Assembly (NCBI GenBank): GCA_964016885.1
Contig: OZ024740.1
Location: forward strand, 374,790,001 to 374,854,000
Source: Eledone cirrhosa
Taxonomy: Eukaryota
Direction: 5' to 3'
Length of the DNA: 64,000 nt
Part shown: piece by piece, positions 27,001-40,606 of the stretch
Numbering within the stretch: the stretch's first letter is position 1
Layout: the number at the start of each line of letters is the position of its first letter
Notes under the pieces: model-generated
Seen by the model: the letters and a program-made list of their open reading frames with translations, nothing else
Database searches by the model: none
What the model was told of the DNA's origin: nothing
Made by a program: the position numbers and the translations under genes

Positions 27001-28150
27001 GTTAGACCGTTAGGTAGGCACTTGATCCATCCGACTCACTGCTACCTCCGAACAGCTGTGCAAAGTGTCGTTTGAAAGCAGCACACATTTGCTCGCGATT
27101 GAATGACATGGGCCTGTTGTGCTCCTCAAAAGACTGCATCGTGGATTTCTTGCCATGACGCGCCTCCACCACATGTCCAAGAGCATATGGCCTAGCTCTG
27201 ACAACGTAGCCGACGTCAGCTGCGTTGAAGAATTGTTTAAGGGCCATCCTCTCCGCAAGAACGTCGGCGCGATGTCTTACTGAGCGCCTCGTCTAATTTT
27301 CTAACATGTTCTCCTTCTACCTTGTTTTTCTGTATTGTTAAAGCCTAACGGAAAATAATGGACTCTATTCAACTACCCCGCTTAACTATTTCTCTAACTA
27401 GGTTTCTGTAGCATTTGCACGCCGATAATGACTCGGTCAGCTGCTACGTCTATCAAGCCTATATAAGCTTAGACATATATCAAGCCTATCTAATTCAACC
27501 ACACGGATCAGAAATTTGTGTGGACAACATATGCTAGAACTATCTATATTCTTAAAAAAAAACTCTTTGTAGATTCGATGCGGTTTGTAAGATTCGGTGC
27601 GGTTTGTCCATGTCCATTCGCGAAATCTAGACTGAATCATTTACACAGGTAGAAACGTCTGAACAGTTTTGCGGGGATTGTGCACCCTCCTCTAAAATCT
27701 GCTATTTCTAAACAGGCCCAGCGTGAATCCAATGTCCTGTTCCAATCACCCACCAAATTTAAAGAGTTGGAGGTTCCTAGGAAGGTCTCCAGTCACCTGA
27801 AGAAATAAGACCATCCTGTACCTGTCGGGGTATACATAGCCTTCGCTGCTGGTGACGTCCAGCACCACCGCTTCCTTTTTGGATCCAGGAGGATCGTTCG
27901 TATCACGAGATCCAGGCCTTTCTTGGCAGTCTTGGAGTTGTGTACACCTCGTAACCGTTGAAAATCGGTGCGAAGGCTTGTGCCACGGACATGCTAGTCT
28001 CAATGATGGTCACCACATCTATATTCATTGACTTCAGGTCGTTGAGCAAGTGAGCCTGCTTCCTGCAACCACTGTCCACGTGCATTTATGCTTCCTATTC
28101 GGAGTAAGGTCTTGTTGAACATTTGTTGGAAAAGGTGGGACATTTTTTTA
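27000..28150 (-). mobile_element. Tx1/L1 LINE ORF2 5' part (AP endonuclease), decayed
   Basis: LRIGSINARG...RKQAHLLNDLKSMNIDVVTIIET (APE motif I), and downstream REQMCAAFKRHFAQLF. Confidence 0.8.
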
Positions 28151-28310
28151 AAAGAATAAAGTTCAAATATTTGGGCCTTATGAGTGTCTTTATATATAAA
28201 CTTATTAACAGTTAACAACAAAAATTCTCCACAAATAACGATTCAAGACCACTTTCGGGGCTAACAATAACACATCTTCAAAATCAGTCGCCTATTGAAT
28301 TTTCCTTTAG

Positions 28311-28460
28311 ACATAAGGCCAGCAATTTGAAGTGTAGTGGAAAGTTGATTAAATCGACCTCAGTGCATTACTAGTGCTTTATTTTATAGACCCCGTAAGG
28401 ATGAAAGGCAGAGATAATATCCACGGTATTTGGACTCAGATCGTAATGGGCCATAACTCT
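28311..28460 (-). mobile_element. Diverged SINE fragment
   Basis: ACATAAGGCCAGCAAT...TTTATAGACCCCGTAAGGATGAAAGGCA core. Confidence 0.75.
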
Positions 28461-28510
28461 ATGTTTAATAATTCCTATGCTTCAAAACATAATCATTATC
28501 ATCATAATTA

Positions 28511-28601
<91 letters not shown>

Positions 28602-29958
28602 TGTAGGAGAAGTGTTTGTTGTTGATGTTGTTATATATATATATTTTATTTATTTTTTTAGTTGCTGTTCTACTTCTATTTCATATACTTCTTGCCGTTT
28701 TACTAATTCATATACATCCGGAGATAAATTACTTTTTCGAAATTAATATAATTACTTTAAGACTAGACAGCCACTAATAAATTAAATTAGCGTAGATCTG
28801 GAGACTATGGTAAGATGCTTGATGAGAGTAGCAAAACACAATAAAAGTAAAAGTATATTAACAAATAAAGAAACACACAAGAAAGAATTTGTGATCAAGA
28901 TATTCAATTAATAACAATACAATATAAAGTGGGAAAATTAAGTTAAAGTGTCTGAAACATTAGCATATTGGTTGAACAAGGTTTGAGGTATAGTTTCAAT
29001 GGCGCCCCTAGAGATTCAATATCATGTGTCAATCCCTCTTGAGATGCGTTGAATGAGGTTGAGATGTCTGAAATAGACACACAGTGCAGTTAGAAGAGTT
29101 GATTAATGATTGTTGAAAAACCTCCGAGGCCCGACGGAAAATCGATAAATTTGTACTTAGATAAACACCATTTTACGCTCAAATAGATATTTTTACATTA
29201 ACTTTGTGTGGTATTATAAGTTGGAATATTATATATAACCTTCCACATATCATTGTCTCTCAATCTGTCTGCGTATGTTTCTCTCTCTCTCTCTCACTAT
29301 CTATATTTCTCCTTCTCCTTATATATATGTCTGTATTTATATACACATACTCATGTATATTATTCTGTTTTATAAATCTCTATCAGAGTTCAAATACATC
29401 TCAATGCATATTCTTCCTCTGCATGACCTCATAAACAGATATTGATATATAAATGAAACTATGATGCGTATGTTGTGCTCAAGGTCATACAGTTGCTGGA
29501 TAATTGTGATGAATTCGCTTCAAAAGGAAATATAAATTATTTTGTAATCGGAACACTTGTCATCTGCTTGATGTCTTTAAAGATGGCTTTAAATATTGTT
29601 TTGAACGTCTTCGAGTTACTGTTTTATTACTGTTTTATGCAAGCTTGCATTTATGTGTTTATATGTGCATGTATATGCATGCATATATTTTATCTTTCCT
29701 TTTAATTATATGAATTGGGCCAATAAAGAAAGGGACTAAATTTAATATAATAACGAAAAGTGATTTACTAATAAGTATAAGAACAAGGAGGAAGAATTGC
29801 AAGTTGTACTTTAAAAATGATATGTGTGATTTTAATCTTCCGCTTACAGAATATATTTGCACATCGACTACTGGTTCGTCCATTTCGTCTCCTGAAAGTT
29901 ACAGCCATTAAAGAAAGCCAGTGGCCTAGCTATATACTAAAGATAGAACGACCTTCTC

Positions 29959-30004
<46 letters not shown>

Positions 30005-30252
30005 GGTTTGTATATATATATATACAAACCTGCTTGCATTTGGGCGTGTCTGAGTCCGTGAATATACAGTAGGAGTAAAGTAGGTGTTGGTTTTGAAACA
30101 TTTACGCATAAATACTCCCATTTTTACAGATTCTCATGTTCACATAAGCATAGAAGGTTTCCGTTGTATTAAATGATTGATTATACACATACATAGCTAT
30201 AGCATGGAGCTGTTCTGCATATGTAAACATTACACACGCGCGCGCACAAGTA

Positions 30253-30297
<45 letters not shown>

Positions 30298-30320
30298 ACA
30301 CACACACACCACACATACGC

Positions 30321-30360
<40 letters not shown>

Positions 30361-31527
30361 ATATATGAATCTATTCTGTTTGATAACCATACAAGTGTAT
30401 CAGGCATGCTTAGCTTATATTTGGCTAAAGTTTTAAAAGGGAAATGTTTAAGTGTTACTATGTCAAGGAGTGTTTTCATAATCATAATTGTGTATATTGA
30501 TTTTTTACAACAATACCGCATTTAGAGTTAGTACCTTTATGAAAATGTTGGTCAGTTGTATACAAAATATCTGATAGAAAAATGACACAATCAATAATTT
30601 CGATAGCTTCGTATGGGGTTTAGGATTCCATAGTTTATTTTAGTATATTTGTTTATAAGTATGTATCAATCTTCATATCTACGAATAACTCACACGAGCC
30701 TAAGAGATTACTCATATTTTCTAGCACAATTTTCCAAATCGTCAAAAATGAGAAGAAAAAAAGACAATTCAGCAATCTAACTACTATATACACATACATG
30801 CAGCCAAACCAAAAAATAAAAAATCGATTGAAATTTAACATACTTTCATGTGATGTTTCTTCGTTCTAGCAACGTAAGAAAATCTTTAAAAAAACAGGTT
30901 GCAAATGATAATATAGAAGTCTATTCATTTGTGTTTCAACATAGAATAGATAATAGCATTAAAAGCATGGCTACCCTTAAAGGATCGCATGGGTGGTTTA
31001 ACTAGCATTGGATGTTGATTAATAAATTCAACTGAAAATGAATATCAAAAATGAATTATACAAGGATTAATACATTCTGAATTTATATAAGCTTATATAT
31101 ATATTGGCTTACTCCTATCAATTATGAGCATATGGGAAATACGTAGGAAATACGTAGGTTGCTCATCGATCGAAACCTGGCGCGATTGAATTTCGGTTGA
31201 CTAAGCCTGGCGCGATTGAATTTGAGTTGACTAAATAGAGGTGCGTCTTTACGGAGTCAGAGAGAAGCGAGTCTGCAAAAAATTGCCTGTTGATGGTTAT
31301 GTACCTAGTGCGAATTGTTATTGATGCAAATGCACTTACAGATGGTTAATTAGAAAATTACGGTCAAGTAAACAGGGTATTTCCCTGGTTCTCTTTTGTT
31401 GTCGTTTTCTGTATGGAGCATACACGTGGTCTATAACATTTTTCGACGGCACACCTTTCGAAATTGAATATGTTGCCATGCTGAAAAGATGAATTCAATT
31501 ATAGCGAAAGGGACTAAGATAAATAAT

Positions 31528-31691
31528 TGTTTCTACTTTAGGCACAAGGCCAGCAACTACCCAGTACATTACTGGTACTTTATTTTATCGACCCCGTAAG
31601 GATGAAAGGCAAAGTTAACCTCGGCGGGATTTGAACTCAGACTGTAAAGGGACGTAACTATGCTAGAAAGCATGGCGTCCAACCCTCTACC
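31528..31691 (-). mobile_element. tRNA-derived SINE with 18-bp TSD
   Basis: GGGACTAAGATAAATAAT at 31510-31527 and 31692-31709 flanks a 5'-truncated copy. Confidence 0.93.
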
Positions 31692-31931
31692 GGGACTAAG
31701 ATAAATAATATATGGAAGTTGGACTTCAATATATTTCTGGACATAGTTGGCCTGAGGTCTGGATACAAATTTGGGTATGTAACCTAATTTGAAAATGCTT
31801 GAATAGAAAGAATATCGGTAACTCACCGTGGCAATTCGTTGCCACACCCTCTTTCTTTTTCTCTCTCTCCCTTTATCACTCTCTCTCTCTCACTCTCTCT
31901 CTATCTCTCTCTCTCTCTCTGTATATATATA

Positions 31932-32648
31932 TATACTAGGATCGGAAATAAGAGTATTCCGCAGTAATAATAATAATATTAGCTCAAAGAAGAAAAGAGA
32001 ATTTTCTTCTGAGCTCAGATACAAATATATTACACAAAGAGAAGTGTGGTACACAGTGATATGTGTGTAAAGAATTATTACAAGTGACTTTTACCGTTAC
32101 TGTATAGAAAACAATGTCTACGGGTTTAGCAATTAAATAAGAAAACAACTAAGTCAGAATCACATCTCTGAAGTAGAGTTATAAATTACCAACCTTATAA
32201 CTATAAGTTTGCTGATACGAATCAATTTCGTTTCCCCACAGAAACGTGCAGTTTAACAGCCACAAGTTCATCAGTCAGCAATTGTGGATTCTGTTTACTA
32301 CACATCTAACCTCATGGATAGATAGATAGCTAATATACCTGCTGCCCAGGGTAGGGCGAAATCACGTGTTATTTACATAAAAAAACTACTCTCAAAGATT
32401 GGGGAAAATGCTAGAGAGTTCGCCCAACCATTCGAATGTATTAGCTCAACAATTTGGAGCTCGTTAAGTATACTAGGATCGGAATTAAGAGTATTCCGCA
32501 GTTCACAGTAATAATAATAATATTAGATCAAAGAAGAATAGAGAATTTTCTTCTGAGATCAGATACAAATATATTACACAAAGAGAAGTATGTTACACAG
32601 TGAGATGTGTGTAAAGAATTATTACAAGTGAGTTTTACCGTTACTGTA
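31932..32648 (-). repeat. ~537-nt non-coding unit in ~1.3 tandem copies carrying an HHR (retrozyme/pLTR-like)
   Basis: 31932-32104 recurs at 32469-32648 (offset 537-544). The unit contains the HHR listed next. Confidence 0.8.
32209..32281 (-). ncRNA. Type I hammerhead ribozyme with canonical core
   Basis: Minus strand: TTGCTGA-CTGATGA-A-CTTGTGG...CTGTGGG-GAAA-CGAA(ATTGA)TTCG-TA-TCAGCAA. 7-bp perfect stem I, 5-bp stem III, GUA triplet. Confidence 0.88.
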
Positions 32649-33276
32649 ATGGAAAAGAATGAAACGAATTTTCATTTGTCACTCTACTGCATAATTCGGG
32701 CTGTTTGTTTACAAACACACCGAGCATTATAATACATTTTCGATAAACCCATACGTACATATATATAGATGTGTGCATGTATGTATATATATATATATTA
32801 CTACTGTGCGTCCGTACACATATATGTATGTACATATACCTACTTATATTTAGGTATCAGCCGTGCTGGGAATGAGAAATGAAAATTCGTTTCATTCTTA
32901 ATATTTTTGGTATTCCCGGCCGACTAACTCCCTCGATATGCAAATTAGGCTGATCAGCCGTTAATATGCATAAGGAAAGTATATATTTTCAGACGTTCAA
33001 TCATCTGACAGAAAGGTATACGATGCTGACGATAGCTAATAAGCTTGAAATTAGAACATCGCTCCTGTGTCAGTGATGAACAAAATGGCGACGATGGTTC
33101 CGAGAACTGTGCGCGATAATTCGGGCTGTTTGTTTACAAACAAACCGAGCATTATAATAAATGTTCGGTAAACCCATACGTTCACACACATATATATATA
33201 TATATATATATGCATGTATGTATATATATATACAACTGTGCGTCTGTAGACATGTATGTATGTACGTATACATACT

Positions 33277-33364
<88 letters not shown>

Positions 33365-33371
<7 letters not shown>

Positions 33372-33460
33372 CAAAATATTAACAAATGAAATATATTTTA
33401 TTATATATATATCAAAGTTACAATGGTGTTTAAGTACGTTTTCATCAGACACAATATAAG
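33365..33460 (-). mobile_element. PLE pLTR fragment with decayed HHR (same family as 3692-3800)
   Basis: Minus strand CTGATGAAAACGTAC...TTTGATATAT..ATAATAAAA...AATATTTTGAAT aligns with 3699-3800. GAAA is changed to GATA. Confidence 0.7.
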
Positions 33461-33463
33461 ATT

Positions 33464-33578
<115 letters not shown>

Positions 33579-33644
33579 CAAGGTTTAGCAAATAATGAAA
33601 AAGTTTCAAAATAAATTTTAAAAAATTAACTTTACCTACTATAG

Positions 33645-33690
33645 TTACCTTTACCGATCGGTTTCGAATCCCCGTAATAAACGGGGGCCT
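33645..33690 (-). ncRNA. 3' half of a minimal HHR (truncated)
   Basis: Minus strand CCCCGT(TTATT)ACGGGG-ATTC-GAAA-CCGATCGG-TA: palindromic stem III and GUA triplet. The CUGANGA half is missing. Confidence 0.6.
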
Positions 33691-33830
<140 letters not shown>

Positions 33831-33849
33831 CTTTTCCCCACCTTAAGTT

Positions 33850-35890
33850 GGTTTATATCGTGATGACTGTCTTCTTCGTTCCACTAACATTAGCCTATCA
33901 GAAATTGAAAAAATAAAACACGTATTAGAAATTTCCTCAAAGACTATTATAGTCTCACTATTACATTTGAAAACACGAATAAAGTACTTATTTTCCTTAA
34001 TATAACTTTAGACTTATCTACGTGTATCTACCAACCTTACCATAAACCTAACCAAAACTTACATTACATACACTCACAATCCAATCACCCTAGAACTATC
34101 CTTAAAAACCTGGCATATAATATCTCACTCAGAATTTCTAACCTTTCATCTAACCACGATATATTCGATAAAAATGCAACCTTTGATAACGAAGCTTTAG
34201 CTAGAAGCGGCCACAAAATCAAATTAGTCTATATACCTTGTACCAATAATACTACAAACATACAACCCAATATTACCAACAAACACCAAATGAAAAATAC
34301 AAACCTAAATGCCACTCACACTATACCCGAAAATACCAACTTAAAACTTAATTTCTCTACCTCTTCTCACATACAATATAATAACTTTCAAAAAACCTTT
34401 CATCCTAATACTCCAATATATGTTAATAACATTACTAACAACATTCCTAATAATCAGAATAAAACACCTAAATCAGTGAATCTAACTAAACATATGTATA
34501 ATAAATTCACTAATGCTAACTCTCTTAGTAAACATCAGGATACATCATATAAAATAAAAAATCAGCATCGAAACCGTAATAGACGAGTTACTTGGTATAA
34601 TGCTCCATTTAATCTACACATTAAAGAGAATATCCCTATAAAGTTTTTTTTACTATTCTGGAGAAATCCTTCCCGCCAAACCATAAATACCATCAAATTT
34701 TAAATAGATCAACGGTCAAATTTTCCTACTCCACTACCAAAAATATACAACAAAATATAAGTGCCTACAATGCAAATAAATGTAAAACAAACCATGAATA
34801 TACCACCAACACATCAAACTAACCATAATACTAAAATAAACCGCAGCAAACCACCATCTCCTTCAAATACAACAAGTCGAGAAAATTCCACACCTAATTT
34901 GACTAACTCCCCTGATATAATATACACGAATGGTTGTGACTGTAGAAACAAAGCAAATTGCCCATTAAAAGGAAATTGCCTTATTAATAACATAGTATAT
35001 AAATGTAAAATTAGCACTAAAGACTCAACTTATTCATATATAGGAGCTACTTCTAACCAATTTAACGTAAGATTTAATACCCACAAACACAGTTTTAAAA
35101 ATGCCGCATTAGCTAATACAACATCCGTGGCTGAAATAATTAATAATTATAGAAAAATGAATATCGATTATAACCCGACCTGGAGTGTGCTGAAAAGGGC
35201 TAGCCCTTATCAACATAACAGATATGAGTGTAGATTATGTTCCCAGGAACTTTTTGAAATAATGAAATCTAAGGATATCCTATTAAATAAGCGACAAGAA
35301 TTAATTATATCGTGCAATCATAAAATTAGAAGAACTTTCAAATATTATAAGCCTAATTAATATACACTTTTATTTTACAAATTATTATAATTTTTTTTTT
35401 CTTTTTTAAATTTATTTAACCTACAATTAGTATTTTACTAATGAGAACATCATAATTTTATTTCCCTTTTACAGCTATCTTTTCCTAAAATTAATACCTA
35501 TAAGTATACATATAAACTATTTTAATTTCCTGTTATGAATCTAAATTCCTTGTAGTCTATATAAGTTTGTTATTTCTCACTAATACATTTATGCCCCCCA
35601 CAATTTTTTCCTTCGTTTTTAACAAAATTATTTAATAACATCTAACTCTTATTTATCACATCTATATGAATTAATATAAATGTATCCCTATAAGTATACC
35701 TATCAATTAAGTTAATTTAATTTCATTTTATAGATCTAAATTCCTTATGTTTTTAATAAGATTGGTTTTTCTCACTAACACATTTATCCTAAAATGTTAT
35801 TCTCCTTCGATTTTAACATTAGCATTATTATTTAATAACATCAAATTTTCGTGTACCTTTCACCGTCTTGACACCTTTTCATCCCCAAAG
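33850..35890 (+). mobile_element. 5'-truncated PLE (RT end, N-rich linker, GIY-YIG, 3'UTR)
   Basis: YQPYHKPNQNLHYIHSQSNHP, VTWYNAPFN, CDCRNKANCPLKGNCL, SYIGATSNQF, CRLCSQEL, LNKRQEL. Confidence 0.9.
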
Positions 35891-36638
35891 TTGACAACAC
35901 ACACACTCACATACTTGTGAAAAAATATGTGTATATATATACATGTGTATGTATGTATGCACATATATGTGCGTACCTCTCATTATATATATATATAAAC
36001 GATTCTCTAACTGTATTGTCAAACGCTCAATATCGAATTGTCGTGGATTATGTGAGGGGCATATAATCGAAAAATACACTCCCCTGACCATGAAAATGTC
36101 GAAGTACATGAAATACTTGACATCCCTTCGCTGTGCATCTCCAATACTTTTAACACTTTTAATGCTTGCACTATTTGTAATGCTTATAACATTTCTCCAC
36201 ACACAGACTATATCAATCATATAAAGAATTTGCCACCAGATCTACCAACCTAACACTCTTGTTTACCTGCCTAAGTGCCTCTACCACACATATCTCTCTG
36301 CCACACTATATAAACAAGAAGCACATGCTTGCCACACATATAACATTTGCACTATATAACCGCTTATCTTCATGTTGTATTTTAACCTGTATTTTTGATG
36401 TAATCATGTTGTATTTGAACCTGTATATTTGAATGTAATCTCGAAGTGTGTACTGCCACTCTAAATTCTGTAATGAATGTTGACCCACAATATTTGCATA
36501 TGTATCTGTATGTCTCTTGGCTGAAAAGGAGGTCATATAACTGTCCATGCATTAATAAATTGCTCCAAAGAATCCAAACCTCGGTTTGGAGGAAACAGCT
36601 GTAAGCACAATAATGTTTTGAACAGTTCTTTGATTCTT

Positions 36639-36669
<31 letters not shown>

Positions 36670-36821
36670 CGATTCACAATCGTGAGATTGTGAGTTCGAT
36701 TCCCGAACCGAGCGTTGCTCCTTCTACCTGGAGTTGCGACCGATAGATAGTATTAGCAATTGGAAAGACCAATGGAAACATTGTTTCCTCGGTCCGATTT
36801 GACGAAAGTCGATCGACTGTC

Positions 36822-36853
<32 letters not shown>

Positions 36854-36959
36854 ACTTTGACAACTTTAATAGCTTTGATATATTTCGGCCAGTATTGGAC
36901 GAGGCTTTGTCTAACTTATTAGCATCACCTGGCGAAGTCTTACTAATTAGTGTTTGGGC

Positions 36960-37490
36960 ACCATGGCCCACTCGAGCAGATAATTATTGTTTACGGAGGC
37001 ATATCCGGGTGTAGAAGGCTTATCCGGCATTTCTTGGAGGAATTTATCCAAAGACTTCTTGAACTTATTGTGGTCTGTCTCTGTTTTGATGTGTTTTGGT
37101 GTAATGTTAAAAAGTCCAGGGCAATTGAGGTGAAATAATTGTGCCGTATTGTTGTTATGAGATGAGAGTCAGATTTTGTCGTGGGCGGATAGCACGTGGC
37201 CCAAGTCTTGGGTGTACACTAAATGTGAAGCCAACATCATTTGGGCAAAGCTGATGGAATAGTTTCCAACTCATGCAGATAATGTTGCGCTCACAGCGAC
37301 GTTGAAGAGAATAAAGTTTGAGCTTTTCTAATCGACCTCAATAGTCAAGGCCTGTCATGCCATCTATCTTTTTTGTAATTGACCTTTGGGGTGCTTCAAC
37401 TTTCATGGTACTTTGTTTGGTGTGGGGTGACCACAGTGGACAACAGTATTCAAGGTCGGGTCGGGCAGAAGTGGAGAAGAGAAGGATAAC
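36960..37490 (-). mobile_element. CR1/Jockey-group LINE 3' fragment
   Basis: Minus strand LEYCCPLWSP, RLEKLKLYSLQRR, FKKSLDKFLQEMPDKPSTPGY. Confidence 0.75.
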
Positions 37491-37529
37491 TGTGGATATA
37501 TATATATATATGTGTATCTCTCTATCTCA

Positions 37530-37564
<35 letters not shown>

Positions 37565-37614
37565 GTAATAATAAATTTGAAGACTAAAATCCAAAGAGGG
37601 CTCGATATTTATAT

Positions 37615-37666
<52 letters not shown>

Positions 37667-37745
37667 TTATATATACATATTCTTATATATTTGATATATA
37701 TTTATCCTTATCGAGCCCTCTTTGGATTTTGGTCTTCAAATTTAT

Positions 37746-37892
<147 letters not shown>

Positions 37893-38129
37893 TGCTATCC
37901 TTCTCCTCTCCACCTTTATATATATATATGTATATTTATATATATATATGTATATATACATATATATATGTGTATATATGTATATATACATATATATATG
38001 TACATATATGTGCATGTACGTATATATATATATATATACATACTACTGTGCGGCTGTACACATATATGTATATACGTATACATACTTATATGTATATATA
38101 TATATATGTATATATATAGAGATATATAT

Positions 38130-38390
38130 TATTCAAAATATTAATAAATGAAATAAATTCTCATAATCAATATACATATTTTATTATACATATATCAAAG
38201 TTACAGTGGTGTTTAAGTACGTTTTCATCAGACAAAATATAATGTTTTTAATAAGATTGGTACTTCTCACTAACACATTTATCCTAAAATTTTATTCACC
38301 TTCGATTTTAACATTATTTTAGCATTATTCTTTAATAACATCAAATTTTCATGTACCTTTCACCGTCTTGACCTCTGTTCATCCCCAAAG
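38130..38390. mobile_element. Inverted pLTR fragment (decayed HHR) fused to a copy of the PLE 3'UTR at 35750-35890
   Basis: 38040-38241 matches 33235-33460, and 38243-38390 matches 35750-35890. Confidence 0.75.
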
Positions 38391-38593
38391 TATTATTTTC
38401 ATTCAAAGTATTATTTCCATTCAAAACTGAAGTCTGCATTCCTCGACCCCTAAATTAAATTTCTACTACTACTATTCTATCAACCTGAACACTTACTACT
38501 CTTCTATTGGTCAATTCAAAACCTGTTCCCAAACAGACCTATTATATAAAATCTTTTTTGGTGTTTTTCAATAAACAAATATCATTATTTCTG

Positions 38594-39120
38594 AAAACAA
38601 AGAAACAGTTCCTTATATTAAAAAATTCATCATTTTACGATGGTTTCTAGGATATATATCAGTGTGTTGGTATGTATATCATATAGATCTATGTAAAACT
38701 TTTACAAACTATCAGAGGGAATATACATACCTAGACATATATATATATGCTGTCTTCAGAAATAATTGTTTCTACTTTAGGCACAAGTACCAGTAATGCA
38801 GTGGATAATTGCAGCAATTACCCAGTGCATTACCGGTACTTTATTTTATGGACCCCGTAAGGATGAAAGGCAAAGTCCCCCCGAGGTTGACTTTGCCTTT
38901 CATCCTTACGGGTCGATAAAATAAAGTACCAGTAATGCACTGCGTTATTGCTGGCCTTGTGCCTAACATAGAAACAATTATTTCTGAAGACAGCATATAT
39001 ATGTGTAGGTATGTATATTCCCTCTGATAGTTGGTAAAATACCAATACACACACATATATATCCTAGAAACGATCGTAAAATGATGAATTTTTTAATATA
39101 AGGAACTCTTTCTTTGTTTT
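38594..39120. repeat. Fold-back inverted duplication centred in a SINE
   Basis: 38594-38877 is the approximate reverse complement of 38889-39120, and includes non-SINE flanking sequence. Confidence 0.9.
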
Positions 39121-39278
39121 TATTCATTGTTTTTATTAAATTATCTTGACTCTGTTTTCCTGTGATTTTCATCGAAAGAATTTTTGAATACATCTTTTCT
39201 TTTCATGATATTTTGATTACACGGATTGGACACTACCGTATATTTTGGTAGATTTATCTACACACACACACACACACA

Positions 39279-39377
<99 letters not shown>

Positions 39378-39569
39378 ATAATAATAAATTTGAAGACTAA
39401 AATACATATATATATATGTGTGTGTATGTATATACATGTATATACATGTATATATATAGACATATATATATATACATATATATACACATATATATACATG
39501 TATAAATATGTATAATATATATATAAATATATATACATACATACACACATACGCACATACATACACGCT

Positions 39570-39621
<52 letters not shown>

Positions 39622-39855
39622 TAATATATATGAGTAATATATATGATGAAACAGATACCAACATATCTGTATTTATATTGCAAAAGAAAGTTAGCCAGAC
39701 TGAAGAATATTAATTATTTTACCACAGTTCGTCCACATCGATTTAAAATAATAATAATAATAAATCGACAAAAACTAGCTGTGCTGCCAAATGGCTATGA
39801 TGTTTATACATATTTAAATTTCAAAGTCAAACCTGTTCAGTAGATAAGTTTAAAC

Positions 39856-39940
39856 CTCAAAATCCAAACATGTTTCGAGATGGATAAGTGTATAAGTGTA
39901 GGAATATCTTGCCACTGCTCTCCTCAGTAAACATCCAGAG
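39856..39940 (-). ncRNA. Minimal hammerhead ribozyme (HHR-A), forward-arm copy
   Basis: Reverse complement of the motif at 40522-40606. Confidence 0.72.
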
Positions 39941-40065
39941 ACAATTGATAAGCTTCACTTCTAAATAATTTAAAAGACTGTGTGACGCACATGGGTTCAC
40001 AGATTCAGGCTAGTCTCATAACCGTACTGCTAGAAATAACAGTCGTATATATGAGGCGAATTTTA

Positions 40066-40143
40066 GCTCGACGAAGAGCCGTTATATTAAGTGTAAGGAA
40101 TTCTTTTACAATGGAATTAGCTCGAAAGGAAATATTCCTGAGC
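40066..40143 (+). ncRNA. Non-canonical hammerhead-like fold (HHR-B), opposite polarity to HHR-A
   Basis: GCT-CGACGA-A-GAGC...GCTC-GAAA-GGAA(ATA)TTCC-TG-AGC. The three-stem topology is intact, but the core lacks U4 and position 17 is G. Confidence 0.5.
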
Positions 40144-40521
40144 CGTGTATAAAAGTAATATATATGAGTAATATATATGATGAAACAGATACCAACATAT
40201 CTGTATTTATATTGCAAAAGAAAGTTAGCCAGACTGAAGAATATTAATTATTTTACCACAGTTCGTCCACATCGATTTAAAATAATAATAATAATAAATC
40301 GAGAAAAACTAGCTGTGCTGCCAGGAATATTTCCGTTCGAGCTAATTCCATTGTAAAAGAATTCCTTACACTTAATATAACGGCTCTTCGTCGAGCTAAA
40401 ATTCGCCTCATATATACGACTGTTATTTCTAGCAGTACGGTTATGAGACTAGCCTGAATCTGTGAACCCATGTGCGTCACACAGTCTTTTAAATTATTTA
40501 GAAGTGAAGCTTATCAATTGT

Positions 40522-40606
40522 CTCTGGATGTTTACTGAGGAGAGCAGTGGCAAGATATTCCTACACTTATAAACTTATCCATCTCGAAACATGTTTGGAT
40601 TTTGAG
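40522..40606 (+). ncRNA. Minimal hammerhead ribozyme (HHR-A), inverted-arm copy
   Basis: CTGAGGA (40535)-GAG..GTGG.AAG...CTT..CCAT-CTC-GAAA (40586)-CATG-TT. Palindromic stem III ACATGT, GUU triplet, G-U-rich stem I. Confidence 0.75.

Noticed and set aside
31176-31234. 30-bp tandem duplication (CCTGGCGCGATTGAATT...TTGACTAA) as a CRISPR-like repeat
   Set aside because: Two adjacent copies with no spacers and no cas genes, in a eukaryotic context.
39698-39730. CTGAAGA as a third hammerhead in the 534-nt unit
   Set aside because: No correctly placed GAAA or stem III downstream.
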